A stretch of DNA of 64,000 nucleotides from Mobula hypostoma (taxonomy: Eukaryota). The stretch spans positions 114,640,001 through 114,704,000 of the forward strand of contig NC_086108.1 of the NCBI RefSeq assembly GCF_963921235.1. Direction: 5' to 3'. The position numbers and the translations under genes were made by a program. How positions within the stretch are numbered: the first letter of the stretch is position 1; each line of letters begins with the position of its first letter. The notes under the pieces were generated by a model. That model had not been told where the DNA came from. It saw nothing but the letters and a program-made list of their open reading frames with translations, and searched no databases. Of this stretch, positions 10,470-24,075 are shown one piece after another.

Positions 10470-13400
10470 GGAAGAAGATGGCAGCAGTGAAAGGGGACTC
10501 TATAGTTAGTGTGTCAGACAGGTGATTCTGTGGGAGCAGTAAAGAAATACGGATGGTAGTTTGCCTCCCTCCTACATTGATAGGATGCAGAAGTGGGCTG
10601 AGAAGTGGCAGATGGAGTTCAACCCGGAGAAGTGTGAGGTGGTACACTTTGAAAGGACAAACTCCAAGGTAGAGTACAAAGTAAATGGCAGGATACTTGG
10701 TAGTGTGGAGGAGCAGAGGGATCTGGGGGTACATGTCCACAGATCCCTGAAAGTTGCCTCACAGGTGGATAGGGTAGTTAAGAAAGTTTATGGGGTGTTA
10801 GCTTTCATAAGTCGAGGGATAGAGTTTAAGAGTCGCGATGTAATGGTGCAGCTCTATAAAACTCTGGTTAGGCCACACTTGAAGTACTGTGTCCAGTTCT
10901 GGTCACCTCACTATAGGAAGGATGTGGAAGCATTGGAAAGGGTACAGAGGAGATTTACCAGGATGCTGCCTGGTTTAGAAAGTATGCATTATGATCAGAG
11001 ATTAAGGGAGCTAGGGCTTTACTCTTTGGAGAGAAGGAGGATGAGAGCAGACATGATAGAGGTGTACAAGATAATAAGAGGAATAGATAAGAGTGGATAG
11101 CCAGCGCCTCTTCCACAGGGCACCACTGCTCAATACAAGAGGACATGGCTTTAAGGTAAGGGGTGGGAAGTTCAAGGGGGATATTAGAGGAAGGTTTTTT
11201 ACTCAGAGAGTGGTTGGTGCATGGAATGCACTGCCTGAGTCAGTGGTGGAGGCAGATACACTAGTGAAGTTTAAGATACTACTAGACAGGTATATGGAGG
11301 AATTTAAGGTGGGGGCAGGGTTTGAGGGGCGGCACAACATTGTGGGCCGAAGGGCCTGTACTGTGCTGTACTATTCTATGTTCTAAACGTGGCAAATGTT
11401 CAGGGGACATGTGCGTGGCGTTCTTTATAGGTACATCCCAATAAGACAGGGAAAGGATAGTAGGGTACAGGAACCATGGTGTACAAAAGAAAATCTAGTC
11501 AAGAAGAAAAGAAAAGCTTACGAAAGTTTCAAAAAACTGGGTAATGATAGCGATCTAGAAGATTATAAGGCTAGCAGGAAGGAGCTTAAGAATGAAATTA
11601 GGAGAGCCAGAAGGGGCCATGAGAAGGCCTTGGTGGGCAGGATTAAGGAAAACTCCAAAGCATTCTACAAGTATGAGAAGAGGAAGAGGATCGATGTGAG
11701 AGAATAGGACCAATCAAGTGTGACAGTGGAAAAGTGTGTATGGAACTGGAGATAGCGGAGGTACTTAATGAATACTTTGCTTCAGGATTCACAACAGAAG
11801 AGGACCTTGATGATTGTAGGGATGACTTACAGCGGACTGAAATGCTTGAGCATATGGACATTAAGAAAGAGGATGTGCTGGGGCTTTTGGAAAGCATCAA
11901 GTTGGATAGGTCACCGGGACCAGACAAGGTATACTCGAGGCTACTGTGGGAGGCAAGGGAGGAGATTGCTGAGCCTCTGTCAATGATCTTTCCATCATCA
12001 ATGGGGATGGGAAAGGTTCTGGAGGATTGGAGGGTTGCAGATGTTGCTTCCTTATTCAAGAAAGGGAGTAGAGCTAGCCCATGAAATTATAGACCAGTGA
12101 GTCTTACTTCAGTAGTTAGTAAGTTGATGCAGAAGATCCTGAGAAGCAGTATTTGTGAACATTTGGAAAGGCATAATATGATTAGGAATAATCAGCATGG
12201 CTTTGTCACAAAGGCAGATTGTGCCTTATGAGCCCGATTGAATTTTTTAAGCATGTGGCTACACATTGATTGAGGTAGAGCAGTAGATGTAGTGTATATG
12301 GACTTCAGCAAGGCATTTGATAAGGTAGCCCATGCAAGGCTTGGAGGCATGAGATCCAAGAGGACCTTGCTTTGTGGATCCAGAATTGGTTTGCCCACAG
12401 AAGGCAGAGTGGTTGTAGACAGGTCATATTCTGCATGGGGGTCAGTGACCAGTGGTGCGCCTGAGGGATCTGTTTTGGGACCCCCTTCTCTTCGTGATTT
12501 TTATAAATGACCTGGTTGAGGAAGTGGAGGGATGGGCTCGTAAATTTGCTGATGACAAAAGGTGGGGGTGTTGTGGATCATGTGGAGGGCTGTCACAGGT
12601 TACAGCGGGACATCAATAGGATGCAAAATTGGGCTGAGAAGTAAACACAAAATATTCTGCAGATGCTAGGGTCAAAGCAACAAGCACAAAACGCTGGAGG
12701 AGCTCAACGATGAAGGGTCTCAGCCCAAAACGTTGACTGTTTGTTTCCACAGATGCTGCCCGACCTGCTGAGTTCCTCCAGCGTTTTGTGCGTGTGGGCT
12801 GCAAAGTGGCAGGTGGAGTTCAACCCAGATAAGTATGAGGTGGTTCATTTTGGTAGGTCAAATATGATGGCAGAATACATGTATAGTATTAACGGTAAGA
12901 CTCATGGCAATGTGGAGGATAAGAAGGATCTTGGGGTCCGAGTCCATAGGACACTCAAAGATGCAGCACAGATTGACTCTGTGGTTAAGAAGGCATACGG
13001 TGTATTGGCCTTCATCAACCATAGGATTGAGTTTAAGAGCCGAGAGGTAATATTACAGCTATATAGGACCCTGGTCAGACCCAACTTGAAGTACTGTGCT
13101 CAGTTCTGGTCACCTCACTACAGGAAGTATGTGGAAACTATAGAAATGGTACAGAGGAGACTTACAAGGATGTTGCCTGGATTGGGGAGCATGCCTTATG
13201 AGAATAGGTTGAGTGAACTCAGCCTTTTCTTCTTGGAGCGACAGAGGATGAGAGAGGTGTATTAAATAATGAAAGGCATTGATCATGTGGATAGTCAGAG
13301 ACTTTTTCCCAGGTCTCAAATGGCTAACACAATAGGTGCTTGGAAGTAGGTACAGAGGGTATGACAGGGTGAGTTTTTTATGTAGAGAGTGGTGAGCACG

Positions 13401-13590
13401 TGGAATGGGCTGCCGGCGACTGTGGTGGAGGCAGATACAATAGGGTCTTTTAAGAGACTCTTGGATAGGTACATGGAGCATAAAAAAAGAGGGCTATGGG
13501 TAACCCTAGGTAATTTCCAAAGTACATGTTTGGCACAGCATTGTGGGCCAAAGGGCCGGTATTGTGCTGTAGGTTTTCTATGTTTTTTCT
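10470..13590 (+). mobile_element. Mosaic of decayed CR1 LINEs (ORF1 GDS-esterase remnant and RT fragments), with a Penelope-derived insert at about 12640-12795
   Basis: GDSIV-like motif near 10495. ORFs 10561..11100, 11396..12084 and 12741..13265 are CR1 ORF2 pieces. Confidence 0.85.
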
Positions 13591-14033
13591 ATTCTCCTCA
13601 CATCCACTCTGTTCAGGCTTTTCAATATTCAATAGGTTTCAACGAGATCCTCCCTTGTTCTTCTAACCTCTAGCAGATACAGGCCCAGAACCATTAAATG
13701 CTCCTTATACATTAACCCTTTCATTTCCAGGACAGTTCTTGTGAACAACCTCAGCACACTTTCCAAGGTTAGTGCATCTTTTCTTAGTTAAGAGCTCAAA
13801 ACTGCTCACAATACTCCAAGTATGGTCTGACCAATGCCTTAAAAACTAGGATGTAATGCTAAAGCTTTGTAAATTGAATGCTGACATTGCATTTGTCTTC
13901 CTTACAACCGACTAAACCTGCAAGTTAACCTTTCAGGATTCCTACACAAGGGCTCCCAAGTCCCTTTGTACCCAAATCTGATTCAGCAAGTGTAGTGTGG
14001 GGATCAATAAGAGCGCTGGGGCAGGGCTAATAC

Positions 14034-14170
14034 CTGCTCAGCTTCTTCCTGGTGATGTGGCCACGGATCCATCGCTGGATGATGTGCACTGGAGAGTGAT
14101 GGGCCAGGATGGTGTTTACAGTGGCCATCAGTTTTCGGATATTCTCCATCTCATTGCACCAGGTCGATGT
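14034..14170 (-). CDS. LRRIQ3: LRRIQ3 coding exon with IQ motif (TSTWCNEMENIRKLMATVNTILAHHSPVHIIQRWIRGHITRKKLS-R)
   Basis: Acceptor cctctcttacag| and donor AG|GTATTA. 137 nt, phase 0 to 2. IQRWIRG is the IQ motif, and the exon aligns with human ILAHNSPVLIVQRWIRGFLVRKNLS. Confidence 0.92.
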
Positions 14171-14774
14171 CTGTAAGAGAGGCGACAGTATCAACGACAG
14201 TATGTGACTCAGCCTGAGACCTGAGACAACAGTAATGCTTCTACTGCTGGAAAACTGCAAGACCAACTTCACAGGACACAGTGGCGGACGCATTCGAAAA
14301 AGCGCCCAGAAACTTGGTCAAAGAGGGAAATGGCTGAGGAGTATCTGAAAGGAAAAGAATCCTGTTTACCTTGCCAATGTCCCTGGTTTTGGTCTGTGTG
14401 CCTGACACTGAGAGAGATTTGGACCAAGGAGAGGAGGGCTGGTCAATTGGCTAGGAAATTGAACCCAGAGACGAGTGAGGTAGTGTATTTTAGGAGATGA
14501 AACAAGGTGGGGGAAGGTACATTGAAGTCCAAGTCAAGTTTATCGCTATATGCACAAGTCCATGTGTGCACAGGTGAAATTAAAAACTTATTTGAGGCAC
14601 TACAGGCAGATGGCATCAGATAAGTAGCATTCACAAGAAAAACACAAATTAAACATAAATATTAGGAGGATATGTTCATAATGTGAATTTTATTTGTTAT
14701 TTTACTTTATATAGATACTGCATGGTAACAAGCCCATCTGACCCAACAAGCCCACACTGCTCAATTACTTCCAT

Positions 14775-15855
14775 CTAGAACATACAGCACAGCTATACAG
14801 GCCCTTCGGCCCAAAGTTGTGCCAACCATGTAACTTACTCCAGAAACTGCCTAGAATTTCCCTACTGGATAACACTCTATTTTTCTAAGCTCCATGTACC
14901 TAACTAAGAGTCTCTTAAAAGACCCTATTGTGTCTGCTTCTACAACCACCGACGGCAGTGCATTCATGCACCCACTACTCTCTGTGTTTGAAAAACTTAC
15001 CCCTGACATCCCCTCGGTACCCATTTCCAAGCACCTTAAAACTATGCCCCCTTGTGTTAGCTATTTCAGCCCTGGGAAAATGCCTCTCATCATCTTATAC
15101 ACCTCTATCAGGTTACCTCTTATCCTCCGTTACTCCAAGGAGAAAAGGCCAAGGACACTCAACCTATTCTCATAAGGTATGCCCTCCAATCCAGGCAATG
15201 TCCTTGTAAATCTCGTCTGCACTCTCTCTATAGTATCCACATCCTTCCTGTGGTGAGGTGACCAGAACTGAACACAGTACTCAACGTGGAGTCTGACCAA
15301 GGTCTTATATAGCTGTAACATTACCTCATAGCTCACGTTGATGAATACCAACACACCATATGCTTTCTTAACAACACTCAACCTGTGCAGCAGTTTTGAG
15401 TGTCCTATCGACATGGACCCCAAGAGTCTTACCATTAATATTGTATTCTGTCTTCAAATCTGACCTACCAAAATGAGCCTCCTCACACTTATCTGGGTTG
15501 AACTCCATCTGCCACTTCTCAGCCCAGTCTTGCATCCTATCAATGTCTTGCTGTAACCTCTGACAGCCCTCCACACTATCCACGACACCCCCAACCTTTG
15601 TGTCATCAGCAAACTTACTAACCCACTCTTCTACTTCTTCATCCAGGTCATTCATAAAAATCACAAACAGGAGGGGTCCCAGAACAGATCCCTACAGAAC
15701 ACCACTGGTCACTGACCCCCATGCAGAATACAAACCATCTACAACCACCCTTTGCCTGCTGTGGGCAAGCCAATTCTGGATCCACAAAGCCAGGTCTCCT
15801 TGGATCCCGTGCCTCAATACTTTCTGAAGGAGCCTTGCATGGGGAACCTTATCAA
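14775..15855 (-). mobile_element. CR1 LINE fragment
   Basis: ORFs 15368..15664 ([11 protein letters not shown]) and 15130..15435. Confidence 0.88.
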
Positions 15856-16249
15856 ATAGCTGACCAATTAACCTACTAATTGGTACGATTTGGACTGCGA
15901 GAGGAAACCCACACAATCACAACCTGCTTACAGACAGCGGTGGAATTTGAACTGCAGCGACTGCTGGCACCGTAAGGATTTACACAAACCACTACACTAC
16001 CATGCTGCTCGTGAGTCCAACTGCTGAGCTCTTCCAGTCCAGGCAAGGGAAGCTACAGTAAAGTCAAAGTCAAGTTTATCGTCATCTGCGCAAGACCATC
16101 TGTGCCATGAAAATCAGCATCATAGGCAGATGTCATCAGATAAGCAGTGTTCGCAAGGAAAACAAATTAATTATGAATGTTAAGGGGATATCTTTAGTTA
16201 TTTATTTATCTATCTGTTTACTTATGCATTTTTTTAAAATTTAGAGATA

Positions 16250-17115
16250 CAAAAAGTGTTGAGGAAACAGAGAGCCTGCAGAGAGACTTAGATAGTTTAG
16301 GGGAATGGGCAAAGAAGTGGCAAATGAAATAGAATGTTGGAAAGTGTATGATCATGCACTTTGGTGGAAAAAATAAACGGGCAGACTATTATTTAGATGC
16401 AGAGAAAATTTAAAATGCAGAGATGCAAAGGGACTTGGGAGTCATTGTGCAAGATAGTCTAAAGGTTAACCTCCAGGTTCAGATGGGGGTGTAGAAAGCG
16501 AATGCAATGTTGGCATTCATTTCTAGAGGTATGGAATATAAGAGCAGGGATGTGATGTTGAGGCTCTATAAGGTACTCGTGAGACCACACTTGGAGTATT
16601 GCGTGCTGTTTCAGGCTTATTTTAGAAAGGATATTCTGACGTAGGAGAGGGTTCAGAGAAGATTCATGAGAATAATTCCAGGAATGAAAGGGTTACTGTA
16701 TGAGGAACATCTGGCAGCTCTTGGGCTGTATTCCCTGGAGTTCAGGAGAGTAAGATGGGATCTCATAGAAACATTCCAAATGTTAAAAGGCCTTAACAGA
16801 TTAGATATGGCAAAGTTATTTCCCATGGTAGTGGATTCTACGACAAGAGGGCACGACTTCGGGATTGAAAGACGTCCTTTTAGAACTGAGATGCGGAGAA
16901 ATTACTTTAGTCAGAGGGTGGTAAATGTGTGGAATTTGTTGCCACGAATGGCTGTGGAGGCCAAGTTGTTGGGTGTATTTAAGGCAGAGATAGATAGGTT
17001 CTCGATTAGCCAGGGCATCAAAGGGTATGGGGAGAAGGCAGGGGAGTGGGGATGACTGGAAGAGTTGGATCAGACCATGATTGAATGGTCAAGCAGACTC
17101 GATGAGCCAAATGGT
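16250..17115 (+). mobile_element. CR1 LINE 3' fragment
   Basis: ORF 16666..17055 is the CR1 C-terminus. Confidence 0.88.
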
Positions 17116-17369
17116 GTAGTCAGCATGGCTTTGCCAAGGTCACTCTGGGCAGATGTGGCTTGTTAGTCATGGTTAGCAGCTCATCTAGAAGAAGGAAAAC
17201 TTAGCTACCTTGCAGTTATACCCACTCATGGGGAAGACTTTGGGAATAAACCTGGAAGGGAAATCCAGAGCTAGAGTCCTACATTGAATTCAACGCTGAC
17301 TAGCAACTTCTGCAACACCTCTGGTGTCAAACTGTATTGGTCTCTGATGTTCCTTTGGATTCATCAACT

Positions 17370-18500
17370 CAGAGATCTCGGCCTTGACCCTGCCTTATGC
17401 AGTCAAATCACTAGCAAGTTGTAAAAGTGGGCTCCCTCACCTCCAACCCTCTGACTCTCAATACAGGAGCTGCTCAGGGCTGCGTACTGGGTCCCCTCCT
17501 TTACTCCCCGTATACCCGTGATTGTATCGCTACCCACAGCTCCAATCTGCTAATTAAATTTGCTGATGACACCACATTGAATGGCCTTATCTCAACCACT
17601 AACGAGGTGGCCTACAGGGAAGAAGTCATCTCTCTGACACAGTAGTGTCAAGCAAACAAGCTCTCCCTCAATGTTGCATAAACAAAGGAGCTGATTGGCG
17701 ATTACAGGAGGAATGGAAACGGGATAACCCCTATTGACATCAATGGATCTGGGGTTGAGAGGGTAAACAGCTTTAAGTTCCTCGGCATCCACATCACTGA
17801 GGACCTCACGTGGTCCGTACACACCAGCTGTGTGGTTAAAAAGGCACGACAGCGCCTCTTTCTCCTCAGACAGTTGAGGAAGTTTGGAATGGGCCCCCAG
17901 ATCCTAAGAACTTTCTACAGGGGCACAACTGAGAGCATCCTGACTGGCTGCATCACTGCCTGGTATGGGAACTGTACCTCCCTTAATCGCAGGACTCTGC
18001 AGAGAGTGGTGCGGACAGTCCAGCGCATGTGTAGTTGCGAACTTCCCATGATTTGAGGATAAAGGGGAAGCCTTTTAGGACCGAGATTAGGAAAAACTTC
18101 TTCACACAGAGTGGTGAATCTGTGGAATTCTCTGCCACAGGAAACAGTTGAGGCCAGTTCACTGGCTATATTTAAGAGGGAGTTAGATATGGCCCTTGTG
18201 GCTAAAGGGATCAGGGGGTATGGGGGGAAGGCTGGTACAGGGTTCTGAGTTGGATGATCAGCCATGATCATACTGAATGGCGATGCAGGCTCAAAGGGCC
18301 GAATGGCCCCTACTCCGGCACCTATTTTCTATGTTTCTATGATTCAGGACATTTACAAAGACAGGTGTGTAAAAAGGGCCCGTAGGATCACTGGGGACCC
18401 GAGTCACCCCAACCACAATCTATTCCAGCTGCTACCATCTGGGAAACGGTACCACAGCGTAAAAGCCAGGACCAACAGGCTCCGGGACAGCTTCATCCAC
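17370..18500 (+). mobile_element. Rex1/Babar-like LINE fragment interrupted by a CR1 family A 3' end (18054-18338, TSD ATGATT)
   Basis: GAAQGCVLGPLLYS, IKFADDTT and ILTGCITAWYGNC. ATGATT is duplicated at 18048-18053 and 18339-18344. Confidence 0.85.
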
Positions 18501-18570
18501 CAAATGGAAATTGGAGCTCGACTCCAAATGGAAATTGAAGAGTTTCTTTCCCTCAACACGTGGGACCAAC

Positions 18571-18891
18571 CTGTGGGGGCTTTGGAGGATAAACAAAGAA
18601 CTGGCAACTGAGAGCTCTGAACTGGCAGCTGTTCAGATTATCCTCCATGACTTCCTCATCGGCAATGACAAAGTTGTCCAGAGCTTTGAGAGACCAGATG
18701 TTGTTGACGATGAAGTGTCGATAGTTTGGCAAGAGGCTCACGGGGGTGTCGGACAAGGTCAGAACGGTAAGCCGTGGGCAGGCACACAGGGCTTCAATGT
18801 CATTCGCATCACCAATGATGTTGTTGTGCAGATAGAGAACTTGCAGACACCTCATGTCTGACCAAAAGCTCTCACCTGGAAGCTCAGTGAT
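18571..18891 (-). CDS. LRRIQ3: LRRIQ3 coding exon (ITELPGESFWSDMRCLQVLYLHNN...YRHFIVNNIWSLKALDNFVIADEEV...PPQ), LRR and LRR cap
   Basis: Acceptor tttctgttgttag| and donor CAG|GTTGGT. 321 nt, phase 0 to 0. Aligns with human YRHVLVNSIWPLKALDHHVISDEEI. Confidence 0.92.
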
Positions 18892-19854
18892 CTAACAACA
18901 GAAACAGAGACAATGTTAGTGGTACAAATTGCTCAGACTGAGCTCAGAGTATTGTGAGCAATTATGGGCCCCTTATTGAAGAAAGGATGAGTGAACATTG
19001 CAGAGAGCAGATTCATGAGAATGATGCCGGGAATAAAAGGGTTAATGTATGAGGAGCGTTTGATGGCTCTGGACCTGTATTTACTGGAGTTTAGAAAATA
19101 AAGGGGGGATCTCATTGAAACCTATTGAACATTGAAAGTCCTAGATAGACTGGATGTGGAGAGGATATTTCCATAAATTCTAACAAATCATGTATCAAAC
19201 TCCTTTACCTCTCCAGGGGCCTTGAATCTTCCTCTCAGATGTACATCTGTAATAGTATCACAGTAGTTTTCCAGATGCGGTCATGTTTGCTACCACCCTA
19301 TTCTATCTGTGAAAGGCTCGGGATGGGAATTTCATTGTGTCAGGAGAACCTCGTTGAACAGGCAATGTGCAGCAAGTTAATGCCTGCATTGTACCCTTTG
19401 CTGTATATCACAATGCCAAGGCCATCATGTCGACTAGGAGGGACTACATGGTTAACGTATGAGGAGTGCTTGATGGCTCTGGTTCTGTTCTCACTGCAGT
19501 TTAGAAGAATGAGGAGGGAATCTCATTGAAACCTATCGAATATTGAAAGACCTAGATAGAGTGGATGTGGAGAGAATGCTTCCTGCAGTGGGGGGAATCT
19601 AGGATTAGAGGACACGAGGGATATTCATTTAGAACAGAGATGAGGGGAATTTCTTTAGCCAGAGGGTGGTGAATCTCTGGACTTCAGTGCCACACACGGC
19701 TATGGAGGCCAAGTCATTGGGGATGTTTAAAGAGGGGGTTGTTGTCAGGGCGTCAAAGGTTACAGGGAGAGGCAGAAGAATGAGGTTGACAGGGATGATA
19801 AATCAGCCATGACGGAATTGCGGAGAGGCTGGTCATGGCCCATGGCCCAAAATA

Positions 19855-21230
19855 ATTCCAGCCTTCCAAACAACTTCAACTGACTGCAATTCACCTACCG
19901 CTGAAACAGGTCCATGACAGATGCCATCTCCCTGGCTTTATACTCATCTCTAGAACATCTGGACAGTAAAGTCACTGACACCAGACTATTGTTTATTGAC
20001 TACAACCCCACATTCAATGCTATAATCCCAAGCAAACACCTAGACCTGGGACTCTGCAACTGGATCCTTGACTTCTTGACCAACAAACTGTACCCTGCAA
20101 GGATAGGCAGAAACACCTCCACCACGATTATTTTAAACACAGGGTTGTGTCCTCAGCCCCCACTCTACTCCCTGTACACTCACGACTCTGTCCTCAACCC
20201 CCATTCTACTCCCTGTACACTCACAACTGTGTCCTCAACCCCCACTCTACTCCCTGTACACTCACGACTGTGTCCTCAACCCCCACTCTACTCCCTGTAC
20301 ACTCACGACTCTCTCCTCAACCCCCATTCTACTCCCTGTACACTCACGACTGTGTCCTCAATCCCCACCCTACTCCCTGTACACTCACGACTGTGTCCTC
20401 AACCCCCACTCTACTCCCTGTACACTCATGACTGTGTCCTCAACACCCCCACTCTACTCCCTGTCCACTCACGTCTGTGTCCTCAACCCCCACTCTACTC
20501 CCTGTACACTCACGACTGTGTCAACACCCCCACTCTACTCCCTGTACACTCACGACTGTGTCCTCAATCCCCACTCTACTCCCTGTACACTGACTGTGTC
20601 CTCAACCCCCACTCTACTCCCTGTACACTCACGACTGTGTCAACACCCCCACTCTACTCCCTGTACACTCACATCTGTGTCCTCAACCCCCACTCTACTC
20701 CCTGTACACTCACGACTGTGTCAACACCCCCACTCTACTCCCTGTACACTTAGGTCTGTGTCCTCAATCCCCACCCTACTCCCTGTACACTCACGACTGT
20801 GTCCTCAACCCCCACTCTACTCCCTGTACACTCACGACTGTGTCCTCAGCCCCCACTCTACTCCCTGTACACTCACGACTGTGGGGCCAGATTCTGCTCT
20901 CACTCTGTCTACAGGTTTGCAGATGAAACTACCAAAGTGGGCTGTATGTACAGGAAGGAGATTGAGAGCCCAGTAACTTGTTGTCATGACAACAAAACAA
21001 AAGAGCTGGTTATTGACTTTAGGAAGGGGATGGTGCACCTGGTCCTGTCTACATCAATGGGATTGAGGTCAAGAGGGTTGTTGACTTGCGCTGCACCCTC
21101 TCTGTAACTGTCACACTTTATTCTGCCTTGTTCTACCTCAATGCACTGTGTATTAATCTGACCTGTATGAACAGTATGCAAGACAAACTTTTCACTGTAT
21201 CATATCTCGGTGATGACAATAAGCCAATTT
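19855..21230 (+). mobile_element. Rex1/Babar-like LINE fragment containing an expanded minisatellite
   Basis: RLLFIDYN..FNAIIP lies before the array. YRFADETT and KTKELVIDFRK lie after it. Confidence 0.8.
20146..20883 (+). repeat. Minisatellite, about 18 copies of 41 bp (TGTGTCCTCAACCCCCACTCTACTCCCTGTACACTCACGAC)
   Basis: Directly visible tandem array. Units range from about 38 to 43 bp. Confidence 0.95.
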
Positions 21231-22671
21231 AGCAGTTAGGCCGAGGGAGATTTAAAAGGAATCTGAGGGGCAACTTTTTCACATGGAAGGTGTTGGGTAT
21301 ATGGAATGAGCTACCAGAGGAAGTGGTTAAGGCAATCTCATTTAAGACTTGGACCCTTAAGTTTCCTCTGTTCCTCCACACTGCTAAGAACCCTGCAATT
21401 AACCTCGCTTTCTGCCTAATTTGTTTAATTAGTTAATTGATTTTAAATTCATCAGCCATTGTTGGGGATTTAAACTCACATGCTTGCATTAATCTTTCTG
21501 ATCACCACACACTAGTCAAACATAAGGATACCACGGATACATTTAAGGAAAAGTTAATGTATGCAAGAAGGAGAAAGTTCAAATTCCAAAATAACTATCA
21601 AAGTATGTGTATGTCACCAGATTCAATTTCTTGTGGGCATTCACAGTAAAACAAAGAAATACAATAGTATCAATGAAAATCTACACACTAAGACTGGCAA
21701 GCAACCAATGTGCAAAAGAAGACAAACTTTGTGAATGAAAAAACCCCAAACAAATAAATAAATAAATAATATTGAGAACATGAGTTGTAGAGTCCTTAAA
21801 AGTGACTTCATAGGTTGTGGAAGTTATCTACACAGGTTCACTCAACTTCACTCACCCATCACTGATTGTTCCCACAACCTTTACTCACCTTCAAGGACTC
21901 TTCATCTCGCGTTCTCCATATTTATTATTTATTTACTTATTTTATTATTTATTTATTCTTATTATTTTATATTTTTTTCTTTTGTATTTGCACTATTTGT
22001 TGTCTTTTGCACTTTGGTTGTTTGTCCATCCTGTTGCGTGCAGTGTTTCATTGATTCTATTGTGTTTCTTTGCATTTACTGTAAATGCCTATAAGAAAAT
22101 AAATCTCAGGGTTGTATATGGTGACATGGCTATACTTTGATAATAGATTTACTTTGAACTTTGATGGTTGTAGGGTAATAACATTTCCTGAATTTCATGG
22201 TGCGGGACCTAAGGAGAAAGGAATCAAAAGATATTTGAACATAGAACATAGAATAGTACAGCACAGTACAGGCCCTTCGGCCCACAATGTTGTGCCGACC
22301 CTCAAACCCTGACTCCCATATAACTGCCTAACTTAAATTCCTCCATGTCTAGTAGTCTCTTAAACTTCACTAGTGTATCTGCCTCCACCACTGACTCAGG
22401 CAGTGCATTCCACGCACCAACCACTCTCTGAGTGAAAAACCTTCCTCTAATATCCTCCTTGAACTTCTCACCCCTTACCTTAAAGCCATGTCCTCTTGTA
22501 TTGACCTGATGGGATCAGAGGAGGTAATGTACTGGAAGAGTAAAATGAAATAAACGCCCAGTTTATCTTCTGTAAACCATGTCATATGCATATAATGAGG
22601 CTCGACAGCCCCGGTCCACATGGAACGCATCAAGACTCCGTCTCTCTGTAGATTGGTGGCTGCTGGATTGT

Positions 22672-23307
22672 TTTTAGATTTTTTTTTAGATTAGATTATG
22701 CAGTCCTCTTTTATTGTCATTTAGTAATGCATGCATTAAGAAATGATACAATGTTCCTCCAGAATGATATCACAGAAACACAAGACAAATCAAGACTAAA
22801 AAAACTGACAAAAACCACATAATTATAACATATAGTTACAACAGTGCAAAGCAATACCATAATTTGATAAACAGACCATGAGCACAGTAAAAAAAAAGTC
22901 TCAAAGTCTCTCGAAAGCCCCTTCATCTCACGCAGATGGTAGAAGGAAGAGAAACTCTCTTCCTGCCATGAACCTCCAGCTCTGCAAACTTGCCGATGCG
23001 GCACCCTGGAAGCACCCGACCACAGCCGACTCTTGAGTCCGTCCGAAAACTTCGAGCCTCTGACCAGCCCTCCAACACCAAGCACCATCTCTGCCAAGCG
23101 CTTCGACCCCGGCCCCAGCAACAGGCAATAGGCAAAGCCAAGGATTTGGGGCCTTCCCCTCTGGAGATTCGCGATCGCACAGCAGCAACAGCAGCGAAGC
23201 AGACATTTCAGAAGTTTCTCCAGATGTTCCTCGGTGCTTCTCACGTCTGTCTCCATCAAATCAGGATTGTGCACGGTACCTACTTAACAAATACGATATC
23301 ATTCGGA
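22672..23307 (-). mobile_element. Non-autonomous retroposon of about 650 bp, copy 1 (slightly 5'-truncated)
   Basis: Reverse complement of 26370-26982, with an (AATCT)n/A-rich tail. Confidence 0.8.
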
Positions 23308-23796
23308 GCAGATGCGAACATTAAACATTCTGCACTCTGATTGTCAGCATTCAGCGCTCCAACTGGACCACTCGATTACACACAGCTCACACATAAGACC
23401 ATAAGACATAGGAGCAGAATTAGGCCAGTCGGTCTATTGAGTCTGGTCTCCTATTCTATCATGGCTGACTTATTATCTCTCTCAACCCCATGCTCCTGTC
23501 TTCTCCCCATAACCTTTGACATTCTGACTAATCAAGAATCTATCAATTTCTGTTTTAAGTATACTCAATAACTTGGCCTCCACAGCTGCCTGTGGCAATG
23601 AATTCCACAGATCTATTCTGGCTAAAGAAATTCTCCCTCATCTCTGTTTTAAATGGGTATCCATCTATACTGAGGCTGTGCACTCTGGTTCTAGACTTCC
23701 CCACTATAGGAACCATTCCCTCCACATCCACTGTATCTAGGCCTTTCAATATCCAATAGGTTTAAATGAGATTACCCCACATCCTCCCTCACTTAC

Positions 23797-24075
23797 GTGG
23801 TTGCCATGGAGATCCAACTTGATTAAATTTGGACAGTATGAGAGGGCATCGATTTTGGTGATGTAATTCCTGGGCAGAATGCAGATCATCAGAGCCTGGC
23901 AGCGGGTCAGATCACCCAAGTTGATCAGGTAACATCTAGACATGTTCACCACGACAATGTCCTCCAGTTTCTTCTCCTTGCATGTGCGGTCCATCCCTCC
24001 GCACGACAGGATCAATGACTCTGTGGGGGACACAAGGTGAGTGCTGTCCACCAGGCGTCTCATGTCTGCAGGCAT
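23797..24075 (-). CDS. LRRIQ3: LRRIQ3 first coding exon (MPADMRRL...ICILPRNYITKIDALSYCPNLIKLDLHGNH), leucine-rich repeats
   Basis: Minus-strand acceptor tttcccacag|ATG and donor CAC|GTAAGT. 279 nt, phase 0. LIKLDLHGN matches human LRRIQ3 LIKLDLHGNQ. Head-to-head synteny with FPGT. Confidence 0.9.

Noticed and set aside
20146..20883. CRISPR-like regular array
   Set aside because: The units are contiguous with no unique spacers, the context is vertebrate, and there are no cas genes.
19914..21107. Long Pro/Thr/His-rich ORFs (279 aa, 182 aa)
   Set aside because: They are translations of the stop-free 41-bp minisatellite within a dead LINE.
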